A stretch of DNA of 59,256 nt from assembly GCA_030669585.1 (NCBI GenBank), contig DAOVDI010000003.1, positions 1 through 59,256 of the forward strand, in the 5' to 3' direction. Made by a program: the position numbers and the translations under genes. This DNA is from Acidobacteriota bacterium. Its GTDB lineage: Bacteria > Acidobacteriota > Aminicenantia > Aminicenantales > Aminicenantaceae. The notes below the pieces were generated by a model. That model saw only the letters and a program-made list of their open reading frames with translations, searched no databases and was not told where the DNA came from. Of the stretch, positions 9,837 to 19,119 are shown in pieces; position 1 is the first letter of the stretch, and each line of letters starts with the position of its first letter.

Positions 9837-9845
9837 TACGAAATA

Positions 9846-11099
9846 ATGTTGAAGAGCAAAGATATACCCATAAATTGGATAAGGCATTTTCAGATGGCCT
9901 ACCATTCACTGCAGGAACACAAGCTGCGTTCCGCCCTCAGTATGCTCGGTGTTATTTTTGGGATCATTTCCGTTATCACGATGTTATCTGTTGGAGAAGG
10001 AGCTAAAAGAAAAACCCTGGAACAGATCGAGCAGTTAGGGATCCAGAATATTATACTTAAAACTATGAAGTTGACAGAGGCCCAGCAGCTCCATGCCAGT
10101 GAGCGCCTTTCTCATGGATTGAGTGAACGCGATGTTTTGCGGATCCGGGAAAGCTTTCCTTTTGTTGAGCTTGTAGCGCCTCTTAAAGAAGTGAGAGCAT
10201 CGGTACTGAGCGTCGGTCAGGAGTTTTATCCGGACATCCTTGCCATATCAGCCGAGTATCAGCTTGTCCATGACCTGGCTGTTTCTGAAGGCCGGTTTAT
10301 CAGTGACCTGGATTCCAGCCGGAGGAATTTTGTCTGTGTTATTGGAGATGAGATTGCCGGGATCTTGGGGGCCGTGGGGCGTGTGAGTGAGGTCATTCGC
10401 ATTGAAGAGGAAATATTCAAGATCGTCGGTATATTAAAACCAAGAAAAACCGCTTCACAGGGAAGTTCTGTTCTTGGGGTCAGAGATATCAACCGCGCAA
10501 TTTTTATTCCTCTCCGGACTGATACATTTTTTCTTGATCGGCCTGAACCGCTTCCATTTGATGAGATTGTGGTCAAGGTTAGGGATAAAGACCAGATCTT
10601 TTCTGCAGCCAATGGTATACAGGAGCTTATGGAAAGTTCCCATCAAGGAGCCAGGGATTACCAGATGATCATTCCACAGGAATTGATCAACAAACAGAAA
10701 CAGACACAGGCTAATTTCAACATTTTTCTGGGTTCCATTGCGATCATTTCCCTGATAGTAGGAGGGATCGGGATAATGAACATCATGTTGGCCAATGTCT
10801 CTGAACGGACGCATGAGATTGGGATTCGTAGAGCACTTGGCGCAACCCAGAATCACATCAAGTGGCAGTTTTTATCCGAGTCCATCCTTGTCTCGGTCAG
10901 TGGGGGTGTTATTGGATTATTCCTGGGACTGATGACGGTCTTGGCCATTTCTTTTTTTGGGGAATGGCGTGCAGTGGTCAATGCAGGGATACTGATTTTG
11001 GCCTTGATTATGGCATTTGCTGTGGGCCTGTTTTCCGGGCTTTATCCGGCAGTCAAAGCGTCAAAAATGGACCCGGTCGAAGCCCTCCGCTATGAATAA
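9846..11099 (+). CDS. MacB/FtsX-type ABC transporter permease
   Basis: KLRSALSMLGVIFG, VGGIGIMNIMLANVSERTHEIGIRRALGA, DPVEALRYE. Confidence 0.95.
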   Translation: MLKSKDIPINWIRHFQMAYHSLQEHKLRSALSMLGVIFGIISVITMLSVGEGAKRKTLEQIEQLGIQNIILKTMKLTEAQQLHASERLSHGLSERDVLRIRESFPFVELVAPLKEVRASVLSVGQEFYPDILAISAEYQLVHDLAVSEGRFISDLDSSRRNFVCVIGDEIAGILGAVGRVSEVIRIEEEIFKIVGILKPRKTASQGSSVLGVRDINRAIFIPLRTDTFFLDRPEPLPFDEIVVKVRDKDQIFSAANGIQELMESSHQGARDYQMIIPQELINKQKQTQANFNIFLGSIAIISLIVGGIGIMNIMLANVSERTHEIGIRRALGATQNHIKWQFLSESILVSVSGGVIGLFLGLMTVLAISFFGEWRAVVNAGILILALIMAFAVGLFSGLYPAVKASKMDPVEALRYE

Positions 11100-11109
11100 T
11101 TAAGGGCTG

Positions 11110-12273
11110 TTATCTTACTACTTCAGATGCAAATACTATATCTACACCATACTGTTTCTGCATCTTGAATAGATCCTTACTGAGAATTTGTAAAGTCATA
11201 TTTGAAGGATGGCAGATGCCGACCGCATGCCCGTTTTTCTGTGCCAGGCGAAAAAGTTCCTTCAATTGCCCTTTTATATAGCTTTTTTCCAGTTCTCCGT
11301 CCAGGAAGACATGCCTTCTTGCTGTGGGGATGTCCAGGCTTCGGGCCATTTTATAAGCTATGGAATCGCTTGTTGTCATACTGTCGATAAAATAGAGGTT
11401 TTTCTCTTTCAGCCGTTCGAGAAAGATGCGCATCGTGGTCCAATCCTCGGTTGCCTTTGATCCCATATGATTGTTGACTCCACGTGCATATGGAATGTCG
11501 TCCAGATCTTTATCGAGGATACTGCAGATCTCCTGTTCAGACATTCCGGATAGGATGATTCCATCCATTTTGTTAGCTTTGTTCAAATTTTTAGATTCAA
11601 GAGGAAGATGAAGGATGATTTCCAACCCGGATCTATGAGCGATTTCCGCTGTTTCTTGGGAAAGAGGACTGAAAGGAATGATGGCCACTGTTAATGGCAA
11701 ATTGATGCGGCAGATCGTGTTGATGGCCTGGAGATTGTAGCCCATGTCGTCCACAATTATCACCACGCGGTTTTTTTTCTTTGTTTGCTTTAATACTTTC
11801 CCGGGCTTGATTTCTGACAATCTATAGGAAAAAAGAAGAGAAAGTTTTTCGCCGGTTTTCCCCTCGACCTTCCACAGATGATACTGTTTCCCCGCGTCCT
11901 TGTATTTTTCTTTTTCAAGAACAACCGCCTTATTTATCCTGAAATTGTTTTCAAGAGAGGATTTGATCCGGGAATAGCTTTCTTCAGGAAGATTGATTAT
12001 CAGGTGATGGTTCTGCTCGCTATCCCAGAATTGACGAATGGATTCCGGTGTTATGGAGAGAGCGGAAAGATGATTCTGCACGATATCGCCCATAGTTTTG
12101 CTTCGAGGCAGGGATTTTGGCTTAGAGCGTTGAGAGAAAAGGAATGTGTTTTTCCCTTGAGTCCAGTTGATATAGTCCAATCCAATAATACTGAGAAGCG
12201 CCATTATTGAAAAAATGATGAATAACGTCCGCGGAAAATGCGAACTAGGAGGTTTTTCCCGGAATTGACGCAT
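11110..12273 (-). CDS. Divergent polysaccharide deacetylase (YibQ family)
   Basis: IIVDDMG, LHLPLE, GVNNHMGS, FIDSMT, VFLD, GICHP. Confidence 0.9.
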   Translation of the reverse strand: MRQFREKPPSSHFPRTLFIIFSIMALLSIIGLDYINWTQGKNTFLFSQRSKPKSLPRSKTMGDIVQNHLSALSITPESIRQFWDSEQNHHLIINLPEESYSRIKSSLENNFRINKAVVLEKEKYKDAGKQYHLWKVEGKTGEKLSLLFSYRLSEIKPGKVLKQTKKKNRVVIIVDDMGYNLQAINTICRINLPLTVAIIPFSPLSQETAEIAHRSGLEIILHLPLESKNLNKANKMDGIILSGMSEQEICSILDKDLDDIPYARGVNNHMGSKATEDWTTMRIFLERLKEKNLYFIDSMTTSDSIAYKMARSLDIPTARRHVFLDGELEKSYIKGQLKELFRLAQKNGHAVGICHPSNMTLQILSKDLFKMQKQYGVDIVFASEVVR

Positions 12274-13416
12274 CTATGACATTTTGTTCAGAATCTTATT
12301 TGTTGCATTGATAAATGCTGTAGATCCTTTTTCCTGCGGATTGACTTTTTCGTCAGGCTCCATGCCCTTGCCCCACAATTCCTTGCCGGATTCAAGATTG
12401 AATATTTCTGTTGTGATCAATAGTCCGCTTCCATCCTCAAAGGGGAAGATCTTCTGTTTCGGTACAAGACCCGTAGTTTGAATACCCACGATCTTGGCTC
12501 TATTAAAATCCTTGAGTACGGCTGTGACCATCTCGGCTGAACCGATTGTAGCCCGGTTAGACCATATTATCAGAGGAATGGTAGAGAGTTCCGGTTCATC
12601 CGGGCAGGACAGAATGCCCGACTTGCCGTTTCTATTAGAAAAATATCCGATCCTGTCCGCCTTTAAAAACAGGTTGATCAATCTCCGGGCCTCATTGATG
12701 CTGCCCTCATGACAGTTTCTGAGGTCCAGGACCAGAGGTTTTTTCTGTGCTTTAAGGCGTGGTAATACCTTTTTCTTTAGTTTGTCCACACAGGAATAAA
12801 GATGGTTGATCTTTAGAATGCCGGCTGTGTTTTTTAAAGGCAAAAACGAAAAACAGTCCTGGTAAAGAACCATTCTGCTGATCACAATATCTTCTGTCTT
12901 GTCGGATCTGAGAACTTTTAGTGAGATCGGGTTTTCTTTTGTGTCTTTGAGAAACAGATTTGCTTCCCGCATGCTGAGGGTCAGAGTGGACCTGTTATCC
13001 ATAGCGCTGATGAAGTCTCCGTATTTTATGCCCAGACGATCGGCAGGGGAACCTTCTCTGACTCCGATAACCTGGGGGAAAGCTCCATATGTTTTATAGA
13101 GGATTATTCCAACATCTGTATGAAGAGTTCCTGTCATTCTGCGGTATTTTTCAAGCTGATCCTTGTTCAGATAGCTGGACAGGACATCCAGGGAATCGAC
13201 CATTCCTTTGAATCCGCCCTCTAAAGTTCTTACAGCATTGAGTTCTTCAACATAATTGGATTTGATCAGGGAGATCGCTGTCCCTAGAATTTTATAGTTG
13301 CTGTAATCCGTCGGACGGAATAAAAGTCCGGATAAAACATTGGTCTTTATGAAAAAAAACAGGGAAGCTGCTATTATTATGCCGATGAGAACGAAGTGAT
13401 ATCTTTTTTTTGCCAT
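12274..13416 (-). CDS. S41 (CtpA-like) PDZ peptidase homolog with degenerate catalytic motifs
   Basis: GMVDSLD..SSYL, PDZ (GSPADRLGIK.GD), LVLDLRN, WGKGMEPD; between envC and yibQ; start taken at MAKKR. Confidence 0.8.
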   Translation of the reverse strand: MAKKRYHFVLIGIIIAASLFFFIKTNVLSGLLFRPTDYSNYKILGTAISLIKSNYVEELNAVRTLEGGFKGMVDSLDVLSSYLNKDQLEKYRRMTGTLHTDVGIILYKTYGAFPQVIGVREGSPADRLGIKYGDFISAMDNRSTLTLSMREANLFLKDTKENPISLKVLRSDKTEDIVISRMVLYQDCFSFLPLKNTAGILKINHLYSCVDKLKKKVLPRLKAQKKPLVLDLRNCHEGSINEARRLINLFLKADRIGYFSNRNGKSGILSCPDEPELSTIPLIIWSNRATIGSAEMVTAVLKDFNRAKIVGIQTTGLVPKQKIFPFEDGSGLLITTEIFNLESGKELWGKGMEPDEKVNPQEKGSTAFINATNKILNKMS

Positions 13417-13445
13417 TGTCCTGAAAAATTTCCAAAAATATTCTA

Positions 13446-14621
13446 TCATCTTCGTTTGAGCCATTGCAAGGGATTAAGGAATTTGTCCCTGAAGCGTATG
13501 GCAAAGTAAAGGGTCTTCCCCTCGAGCGAACCAATGTCTCCAACATAGGCTATAGCCTGTCCGGCATCTACAAAATCCCCCTTTTTCACCAGGAGATCGG
13601 CACAGTGACCATAGAGAGTATAATATTTCATTCCGTGGTCGAGGATGATCAGGTTGCCGTATCCACGGAAGTAATCCGAGTAAGCAACAGATGCAGGATG
13701 AATGGCCTTAACGACCAGATCAGTGCGTGGAGAAATCTCTATCCCGTTGTTCTGGGTGCGTGTGTTGAATTTTGGATGATGCTTTGTGCCGAAACGGGAA
13801 ATAATGGAGCCGGGGATCGGCCAATCCAGTTTCCCCTTTTTTTCATAAAGCGGAGACGGGACAAAAGGGAAAACAGATTCTTGAGTTAGGATTCTTTTGA
13901 GTAGGTTTTGAAGCTCTTTGTGTCTTTCATTGAGTTCTTCCAATCTCTGTTTATGGATTTGTTTATCCTGCTTGATCTTGTTTATGAGGGAACGGCTTTT
14001 CTGTTCCTTATTTGCAAGTTCCAGTCTTTTATCCTTTGCGCTGGCTAGAAGCCGGGCAATTTCCTGCTTTTTTGACTGCAGTCCTTTTTCCGCTTCTTTT
14101 AGTTCATTCATAGTTGCAATGTAATCGTAAAGGATCTTTTCCTGGGTTTTAGCAAGTAGAGTCAGATTCTTGTTCTCAGCAACGAGGCCTTTTATGTCTT
14201 TGACTTGAAACAACAGGTCCAGATAATTAAGCTCCCCGAACTTATACAGGGTGACGACGATCTTTGATATGGACTGCTTTCCATTATCCAGCTTTGACTG
14301 AAGAATGATAATCCGTTCTTGAATGTCACTCAGTTCGCTGTTCGCTTTCCGTAACCGAGTGTTGTACATCGCTATTTCTTTTCTTGCCAGTTCCTTTTTA
14401 AGGCCGATCTGGTCCAATTGTGCCAGAATGGAGGTTTCCCTTCGCATTTCTTCAGTCAGAATATGTTTGATCCTCTCGATCTGCAGGGCGATCTCTTTCA
14501 TTTTTCTTTGATATTGCGAAATATCTGTTTGCTGATCAGCCGGTATGAAAGCGAAGATGAAGAGAAAGATACACAGAAAAGCCTGGATCCTGATGGTGTA
14601 TCTTGCGCATGAGTCTCTCAT
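13446..14621 (-). CDS. envC: Murein hydrolase activator EnvC
   Basis: Long coiled coil plus degenerate M23 domain (KGKLDWPIPG, NNGIEI, GYGNLIILDH, LYFAIR). Confidence 0.85.
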   Translation of the reverse strand: MRDSCARYTIRIQAFLCIFLFIFAFIPADQQTDISQYQRKMKEIALQIERIKHILTEEMRRETSILAQLDQIGLKKELARKEIAMYNTRLRKANSELSDIQERIIILQSKLDNGKQSISKIVVTLYKFGELNYLDLLFQVKDIKGLVAENKNLTLLAKTQEKILYDYIATMNELKEAEKGLQSKKQEIARLLASAKDKRLELANKEQKSRSLINKIKQDKQIHKQRLEELNERHKELQNLLKRILTQESVFPFVPSPLYEKKGKLDWPIPGSIISRFGTKHHPKFNTRTQNNGIEISPRTDLVVKAIHPASVAYSDYFRGYGNLIILDHGMKYYTLYGHCADLLVKKGDFVDAGQAIAYVGDIGSLEGKTLYFAIRFRDKFLNPLQWLKRR

Positions 14622-14702
14622 GTTGTCTCTATTCTACTTCAAGTGAATACTATACGTAAACATGGACTTGTGAATAACCCAGGGTAGCCTGAACAATTTA
14701 CA

Positions 14703-14812
14703 AGCCGATATTATCCCATCTGCTGTGTTGCCGTCCGTTCGCAGTATATAAATACGGCTTCACGAACAGCCTCTTGCAGATGCATCAATCTCGACTCGTA
14801 AATAGTCCAGGC
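14703..14812. repeat. Dispersed hairpin repeat copy
   Basis: CATCTGC...GCAGATG stem, GTAT-ATAA-ATAC inner hairpin; matches 1-62 and 53848-53983. Confidence 0.9.
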
Positions 14813-14916
14813 ATTCAATTCAACAGGACACAATAAAAACACTATGACAATCAATTAATAAATTGTTAGAAAGAAAAACACTAGAACCCTAGACCCCTTG
14901 AATCCTACCATCTCTT

Positions 14917-14958
14917 TTGCATCTGCACCAATCTCGACTCGTGAATAATCCAGGTTAG
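14917..14958. repeat. Partial (3' end) copy of dispersed repeat
   Basis: 41/42 identity with 208-249; a shorter remnant lies at 14665-14687. Confidence 0.85.
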
Positions 14959-14998
14959 ATGAATTGAATAATTCATATGTTTCTGATAGATTTTTCAC

Positions 14999-15265
14999 AT
15001 GGTCGAAAAAAACAAAAAGATTTTTCAGGTCGAATGTACAATCTGCCATACTCTCCTGTGGATAGATCCGATAGCACATAAAATATTAAAATCAGAAAAG
15101 GTTAAACGGAAAAAAGACTCGCTGGATGAAATGCTGCTTAAAGAGAAGAAAAGAAAAGAGGGGTTTGCCCGAAAATTCGATGCAACAGCCGAGCTTCAGG
15201 AAAAAAAACGAAGAGAAGCCCAGGAAAAATTCAAAAAAGCATTCGATAGAATAAAAAAACAGTAG
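14999..15265 (+). CDS. Small hypothetical protein (CxxC knuckle + charged helix)
   Basis: VECTICHTLLWID, then Lys/Glu-rich coiled coil. Confidence 0.65.
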   Translation: MVEKNKKIFQVECTICHTLLWIDPIAHKILKSEKVKRKKDSLDEMLLKEKKRKEGFARKFDATAELQEKKRREAQEKFKKAFDRIKKQ

Positions 15266-15278
15266 TAACTGGTCCCTG

Positions 15279-16247
15279 TCAGATTTTTCTCTGTCCGGGA
15301 GTTTCAATATCGTGTTTTTTTATCAATTTAAATAATCCTTGACGACTGAGGCCAAGGTCCTTTGCCGTTTTTAGCCTATGGAAATTGCAGCGTCTTAATG
15401 CTTCATGGATAAAGCTTTTTTCAAATTCTGCCCTGGCATGAAAAAAACTGTAACAGGATCCTGGTGTTCTTTTTTGCCTGTAGATCTTTGAAGACAGATG
15501 TTTTTCACTGATAAAATTTTCTTTATTGCAGAGAACCATACATCTTTGAACTTCATTCTGGAGTTCACGAACATTACCCGGCCAGGAATAATTCATTAGC
15601 AGGCTCAAGGCTTGCGAAGAGAAACGGATGTCTGTGCGGTTCATGCTGTCGGAGTAAATTTTTATGAAGTGATTGAGAAAACAAATGATCTCATCCCTCC
15701 GTTCCCTCAGGGGTGGAATCTCTATTGAAATGATCTTCAGGCGATAATACAGGTCATCGCGGAACCTTTTTGATTCAATCTCATTCTCAATATTTTTGTT
15801 TGTTGCGCTGATAAAACGAACGTCTATATAACGTGTGCAGTTTTCCCCGATTCTACGGATTTCCTTTTCTTGAAGCAGCCTGAGAAGTTTGGCCTGCAGC
15901 CGGGGAGACAGGTCTCCTATCTCATCCAGAAAGAAAGTGCCCCCTTCCGCTTCCTCGATCAGACCGGGCCTGTTCCTCACCGCACCTGTGAATGCGCCTC
16001 TTATGTAGCCGAAAAGTTCGCTTTCGAGAAGGTGATCCGGGATCGCACTGCAGTTAACTGCAATAAATCGTTTGTTCTTCCTTGTTCCTGATTCATGGAT
16101 TGCCCTGGCAACAAGTTCTTTGCCTGTTCCGCTTTCTCCACAGATGAAAACTGGAACACTGCTGTCCTTCACGCGATCGATCATCTCCAAAACCCTGTAA
16201 AAAGCCGGCCCTCTTCCTATAAGCACCGGACCGGTTCTATTATACAT
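15279..16247 (-). CDS. Sigma-54 enhancer-binding protein (AAA+ and Fis HTH, no N-terminal sensor)
   Basis: GESGTGKE, ESELFG..GAFTGA, FLDEIG, WPGNVRELQN, C-terminal HTH; AAGGA RBS before ATG 16247. Confidence 0.9.
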   Translation of the reverse strand: MYNRTGPVLIGRGPAFYRVLEMIDRVKDSSVPVFICGESGTGKELVARAIHESGTRKNKRFIAVNCSAIPDHLLESELFGYIRGAFTGAVRNRPGLIEEAEGGTFFLDEIGDLSPRLQAKLLRLLQEKEIRRIGENCTRYIDVRFISATNKNIENEIESKRFRDDLYYRLKIISIEIPPLRERRDEIICFLNHFIKIYSDSMNRTDIRFSSQALSLLMNYSWPGNVRELQNEVQRCMVLCNKENFISEKHLSSKIYRQKRTPGSCYSFFHARAEFEKSFIHEALRRCNFHRLKTAKDLGLSRQGLFKLIKKHDIETPGQRKI

Positions 16248-16331
16248 GGCGTTCCTTCTATGATAGGGTAAACGAAAAGATCGGTCTGTTTTTCTCATGG
16301 ACAGAAAGAACATACTCTGGAAGAAATATTT

Positions 16332-18362
16332 TTATGTTTTTAATTCTTTTGTTTTCCGGCGGGCATCCCTGAAATTGGGATTCCAGGACGTAATCTCGTT
16401 GTAGAGTTTCAATGCTGTTTCAGTTTCCTTCATGGCTTCATAGAGTTCAGCCAGCTCATATTTCAAAGCCCAATCCCTATCAGAGGTTTTTTCCGTGAGT
16501 TCCTGTGCCTTTATGACCCATTTTACGGCACTTTTAAAGTCATTTTTTTTCTTATAACAAAGGCTGATAAAGCTGTAGCAGTCCATTTTGAGCTGATCCG
16601 ATCCGGATGCGATCTTGAACTCTTCGATAGCCTCATCAAAAAACTCCTGCTCCTGAAAGGCGATTCCCAGGGTGTAGCGGCTTTCATAATCATCCCGCGC
16701 CACCTTGCTTTCAACCCCTCGTCTGAATTCCTTTACGATCTCGCCCAAGTCCTTTTCGAGAATGGCGGTGTCTCCTTTAACCGGGTGCCGGGATATCGCT
16801 TTTATGGATTGTAATTCCTCTTCGATGGTCCGTGAAAGATCAAAATATGTTTTTTCTCTGCCTTCCTGTGCTCCGGTCTGTCTCAGGTCTGTACCGGAAA
16901 AAATGTCGGCAGAAGTCCAGATCTTATCATCCTCACCAATTTTTTGAGTTTCAGAGAGATCATCCGTGACGGCTGTTTGTTTGATGACATCGGGAATTTC
17001 TTTTTCCTTGATGCGGGAGGATATTTTTTCCATTTCAACGGTTTTATCACGGATTTTTTGATCATCAGGGAAGGACAACTTCAGTTGGGTAAGGATGCTT
17101 TCTGCATTCAGGATAAGTCCTTGTTCCACGCAGAGATCGACTTTTTCCAGCTCTGTTTTAATGATCTCGTCCGTTCCATCTTTGTCTTTTGTGATGCCAA
17201 ATTCCTCTCGTATACGATTGTACTGTGCCATTATGCTTTCATCCTTAGGGATCAGTTCGAGAAGCCGCTCTAAAACAGGAAGGGATTCTTTCTGCTTCTG
17301 TTGATTATTGTATTCCTTAAGGATCACTCTGTAGACGATAGCAAGATGGTCTGGCTGGTCTATTGATTCATAAACCGTAGCGAGCTTATTCAGGGAGGGA
17401 AGGTGGTTTTTAGCATGAGACAGGATCAAGCCCAGAAGCCCGATGGCCTTGGACGGCTTGTGTTTACTCAAGAGGTTATCGATCAGGGGCTCATATATTT
17501 TGAATGCTCTGTCCGTTTGTTTGTCGATGATATAGACCCGTCCCAATTTGATTTTTGCATTCATATCATCTGGTCTTAATTTTACTATTTGAGAAAAAAG
17601 CTCTTCTGATTTGGGCCGGTTCCCTTCATCATAGAAGAGATCTCCCAGTACATGGAGAGCAGCCACATTATCCTTGTTTTTTTTAAGAAGACCGAGGATA
17701 AGCTTAAAAGCCTGCTTTTTTTTGTCTTTCTTCAAGTAAAGATGGATTGAACTTGTGAGAGTTCGAATGTCATCTTCTTTTAAAGCTCTTGCTTCAGAAA
17801 GAAACTCATCCGCCTTATTATAGTCTTTTTTAAGGATCTTCTGTGCAGCAGCCGTATTGAGTTCTTCTACAGCCCGGTCGATATTGCCTTCTTTGATGCA
17901 GAGGTCGATCAGGATTCTTCTGGACTCGATGTCATTGGGATCGATCCTGAGCAGTCTGTCGAAATATCCAATGGCCTTTCCGGCATGACCGGTTTCTTGA
18001 AGCATAATGGCCAGATTGCGATATTCTTTTTTTGCATCGGATATAAAACCAAGCTCCATAAACAGGTCGGCCAGTCTACCGGCAGCCTTAGTATCTTCAG
18101 GATCCAGCTTTGTTATTCTCTTATAGATGGCGATAGATCGAGAGTAGAGTCCTTTATGTTCATAGTGATCTGCAACTTTTTTAAATTCTGCAAGAGCTTT
18201 TTTGGTTTGATTGGCCTTAACATACAAATTTCCTATGATGTTATTGATAGGAATATCCTGTTCTTTGCCGGTAAGGAGCTTCTGATATTCTGCGACCGCA
18301 TCCAGAAATTTCCCGCGTTTGATATATTTTTCCGCGTGGGCTTCGATTCTTTCTTTTTCCAT
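16332..18362 (-). CDS. Tetratricopeptide repeat protein
   Basis: Many TPR-like helices; C-terminal YESRYTLGIAFQEQEFFDEAIEEF block. Confidence 0.85.
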   Translation of the reverse strand: MEKERIEAHAEKYIKRGKFLDAVAEYQKLLTGKEQDIPINNIIGNLYVKANQTKKALAEFKKVADHYEHKGLYSRSIAIYKRITKLDPEDTKAAGRLADLFMELGFISDAKKEYRNLAIMLQETGHAGKAIGYFDRLLRIDPNDIESRRILIDLCIKEGNIDRAVEELNTAAAQKILKKDYNKADEFLSEARALKEDDIRTLTSSIHLYLKKDKKKQAFKLILGLLKKNKDNVAALHVLGDLFYDEGNRPKSEELFSQIVKLRPDDMNAKIKLGRVYIIDKQTDRAFKIYEPLIDNLLSKHKPSKAIGLLGLILSHAKNHLPSLNKLATVYESIDQPDHLAIVYRVILKEYNNQQKQKESLPVLERLLELIPKDESIMAQYNRIREEFGITKDKDGTDEIIKTELEKVDLCVEQGLILNAESILTQLKLSFPDDQKIRDKTVEMEKISSRIKEKEIPDVIKQTAVTDDLSETQKIGEDDKIWTSADIFSGTDLRQTGAQEGREKTYFDLSRTIEEELQSIKAISRHPVKGDTAILEKDLGEIVKEFRRGVESKVARDDYESRYTLGIAFQEQEFFDEAIEEFKIASGSDQLKMDCYSFISLCYKKKNDFKSAVKWVIKAQELTEKTSDRDWALKYELAELYEAMKETETALKLYNEITSWNPNFRDARRKTKELKT

Positions 18363-18370
18363 AGTTTAAT

Positions 18371-18997
18371 TCAGTTCTGCTTCTTTTTTCCAAGCCTGAA
18401 GGAACGCCTGTGCAGGGCTGTTGGGCCTAAACGTTCCAGCGACTCATAATGTGATCTTGTCGCGTATCCTTTATGTTGACCGAGACCGTAACCAGGGTAA
18501 ACCTTGTCCAATCGGTGCATGACCTCATCCCTTAGGACTTTGGCAACAATGGAAGCTGCGGCGATCACCGAGCATTTTCTGTCTCCCTGCAGCACGCCTA
18601 TCTGCGGATAATTTACATCATTAAGCTGAAAGCCGTCAATCAGAAGAAAATCCGGTTTAGAAGGCATGTTTATAACAGCCCTTTTCATGGCTGTTAGAGA
18701 GGCTTTATAAATATTCAGCTTGTCGATCTCCATGTGTGTTGCAAAGCCGATTCCAAGGGATTGGGCATTAAAGAGAATATGTTTTGCCAGATAATACCGT
18801 TTTTTAGGAGAAAGACTTTTTGAATCGTCAATTTCTTTCAGCCATTCTGATGGACTACCTGTTAAAAGATCCTGCGGGAAGGCAACTGAAACCGACACAA
18901 CGGGACCGAACAGGGCTCCCCGTCCCACTTCATCAACGCCCGCAATGGAATGGAACCCCTTATTTAAGAGCTGTCTTTCCATTCGAAAATCGGTCAT
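18371..18997 (-). CDS. rnhB: Ribonuclease HII
   Basis: IAGVDEVGRG, DDSK, AAASIVAKVLRD, HKGY, HRRSF; follows rplS; start approximate. Confidence 0.95.
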   Translation of the reverse strand: MTDFRMERQLLNKGFHSIAGVDEVGRGALFGPVVSVSVAFPQDLLTGSPSEWLKEIDDSKSLSPKKRYYLAKHILFNAQSLGIGFATHMEIDKLNIYKASLTAMKRAVINMPSKPDFLLIDGFQLNDVNYPQIGVLQGDRKCSVIAAASIVAKVLRDEVMHRLDKVYPGYGLGQHKGYATRSHYESLERLGPTALHRRSFRLGKKKQN

Positions 18998-19041
18998 CCC
19001 CCTCATTATATAGAAATAGAAAGAGATTAGGTAGTACAATT

Positions 19042-19096
19042 GTCATCCCGTTCCTCGATCAAAGTCGAGGGAATGACGAACGGAATAAACGGGATC
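19042..19096. repeat. REP-like (GTCATYCC-type) palindrome between rplS and rnhB
   Basis: GTCATCCC...GGGAATGAC enclosing CCTCGA-tcaaag-TCGAGG; related to 54185-54259. Confidence 0.6.
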
Positions 19097-19119
19097 AACG
19101 GCTTTAACGATGTAACAAT

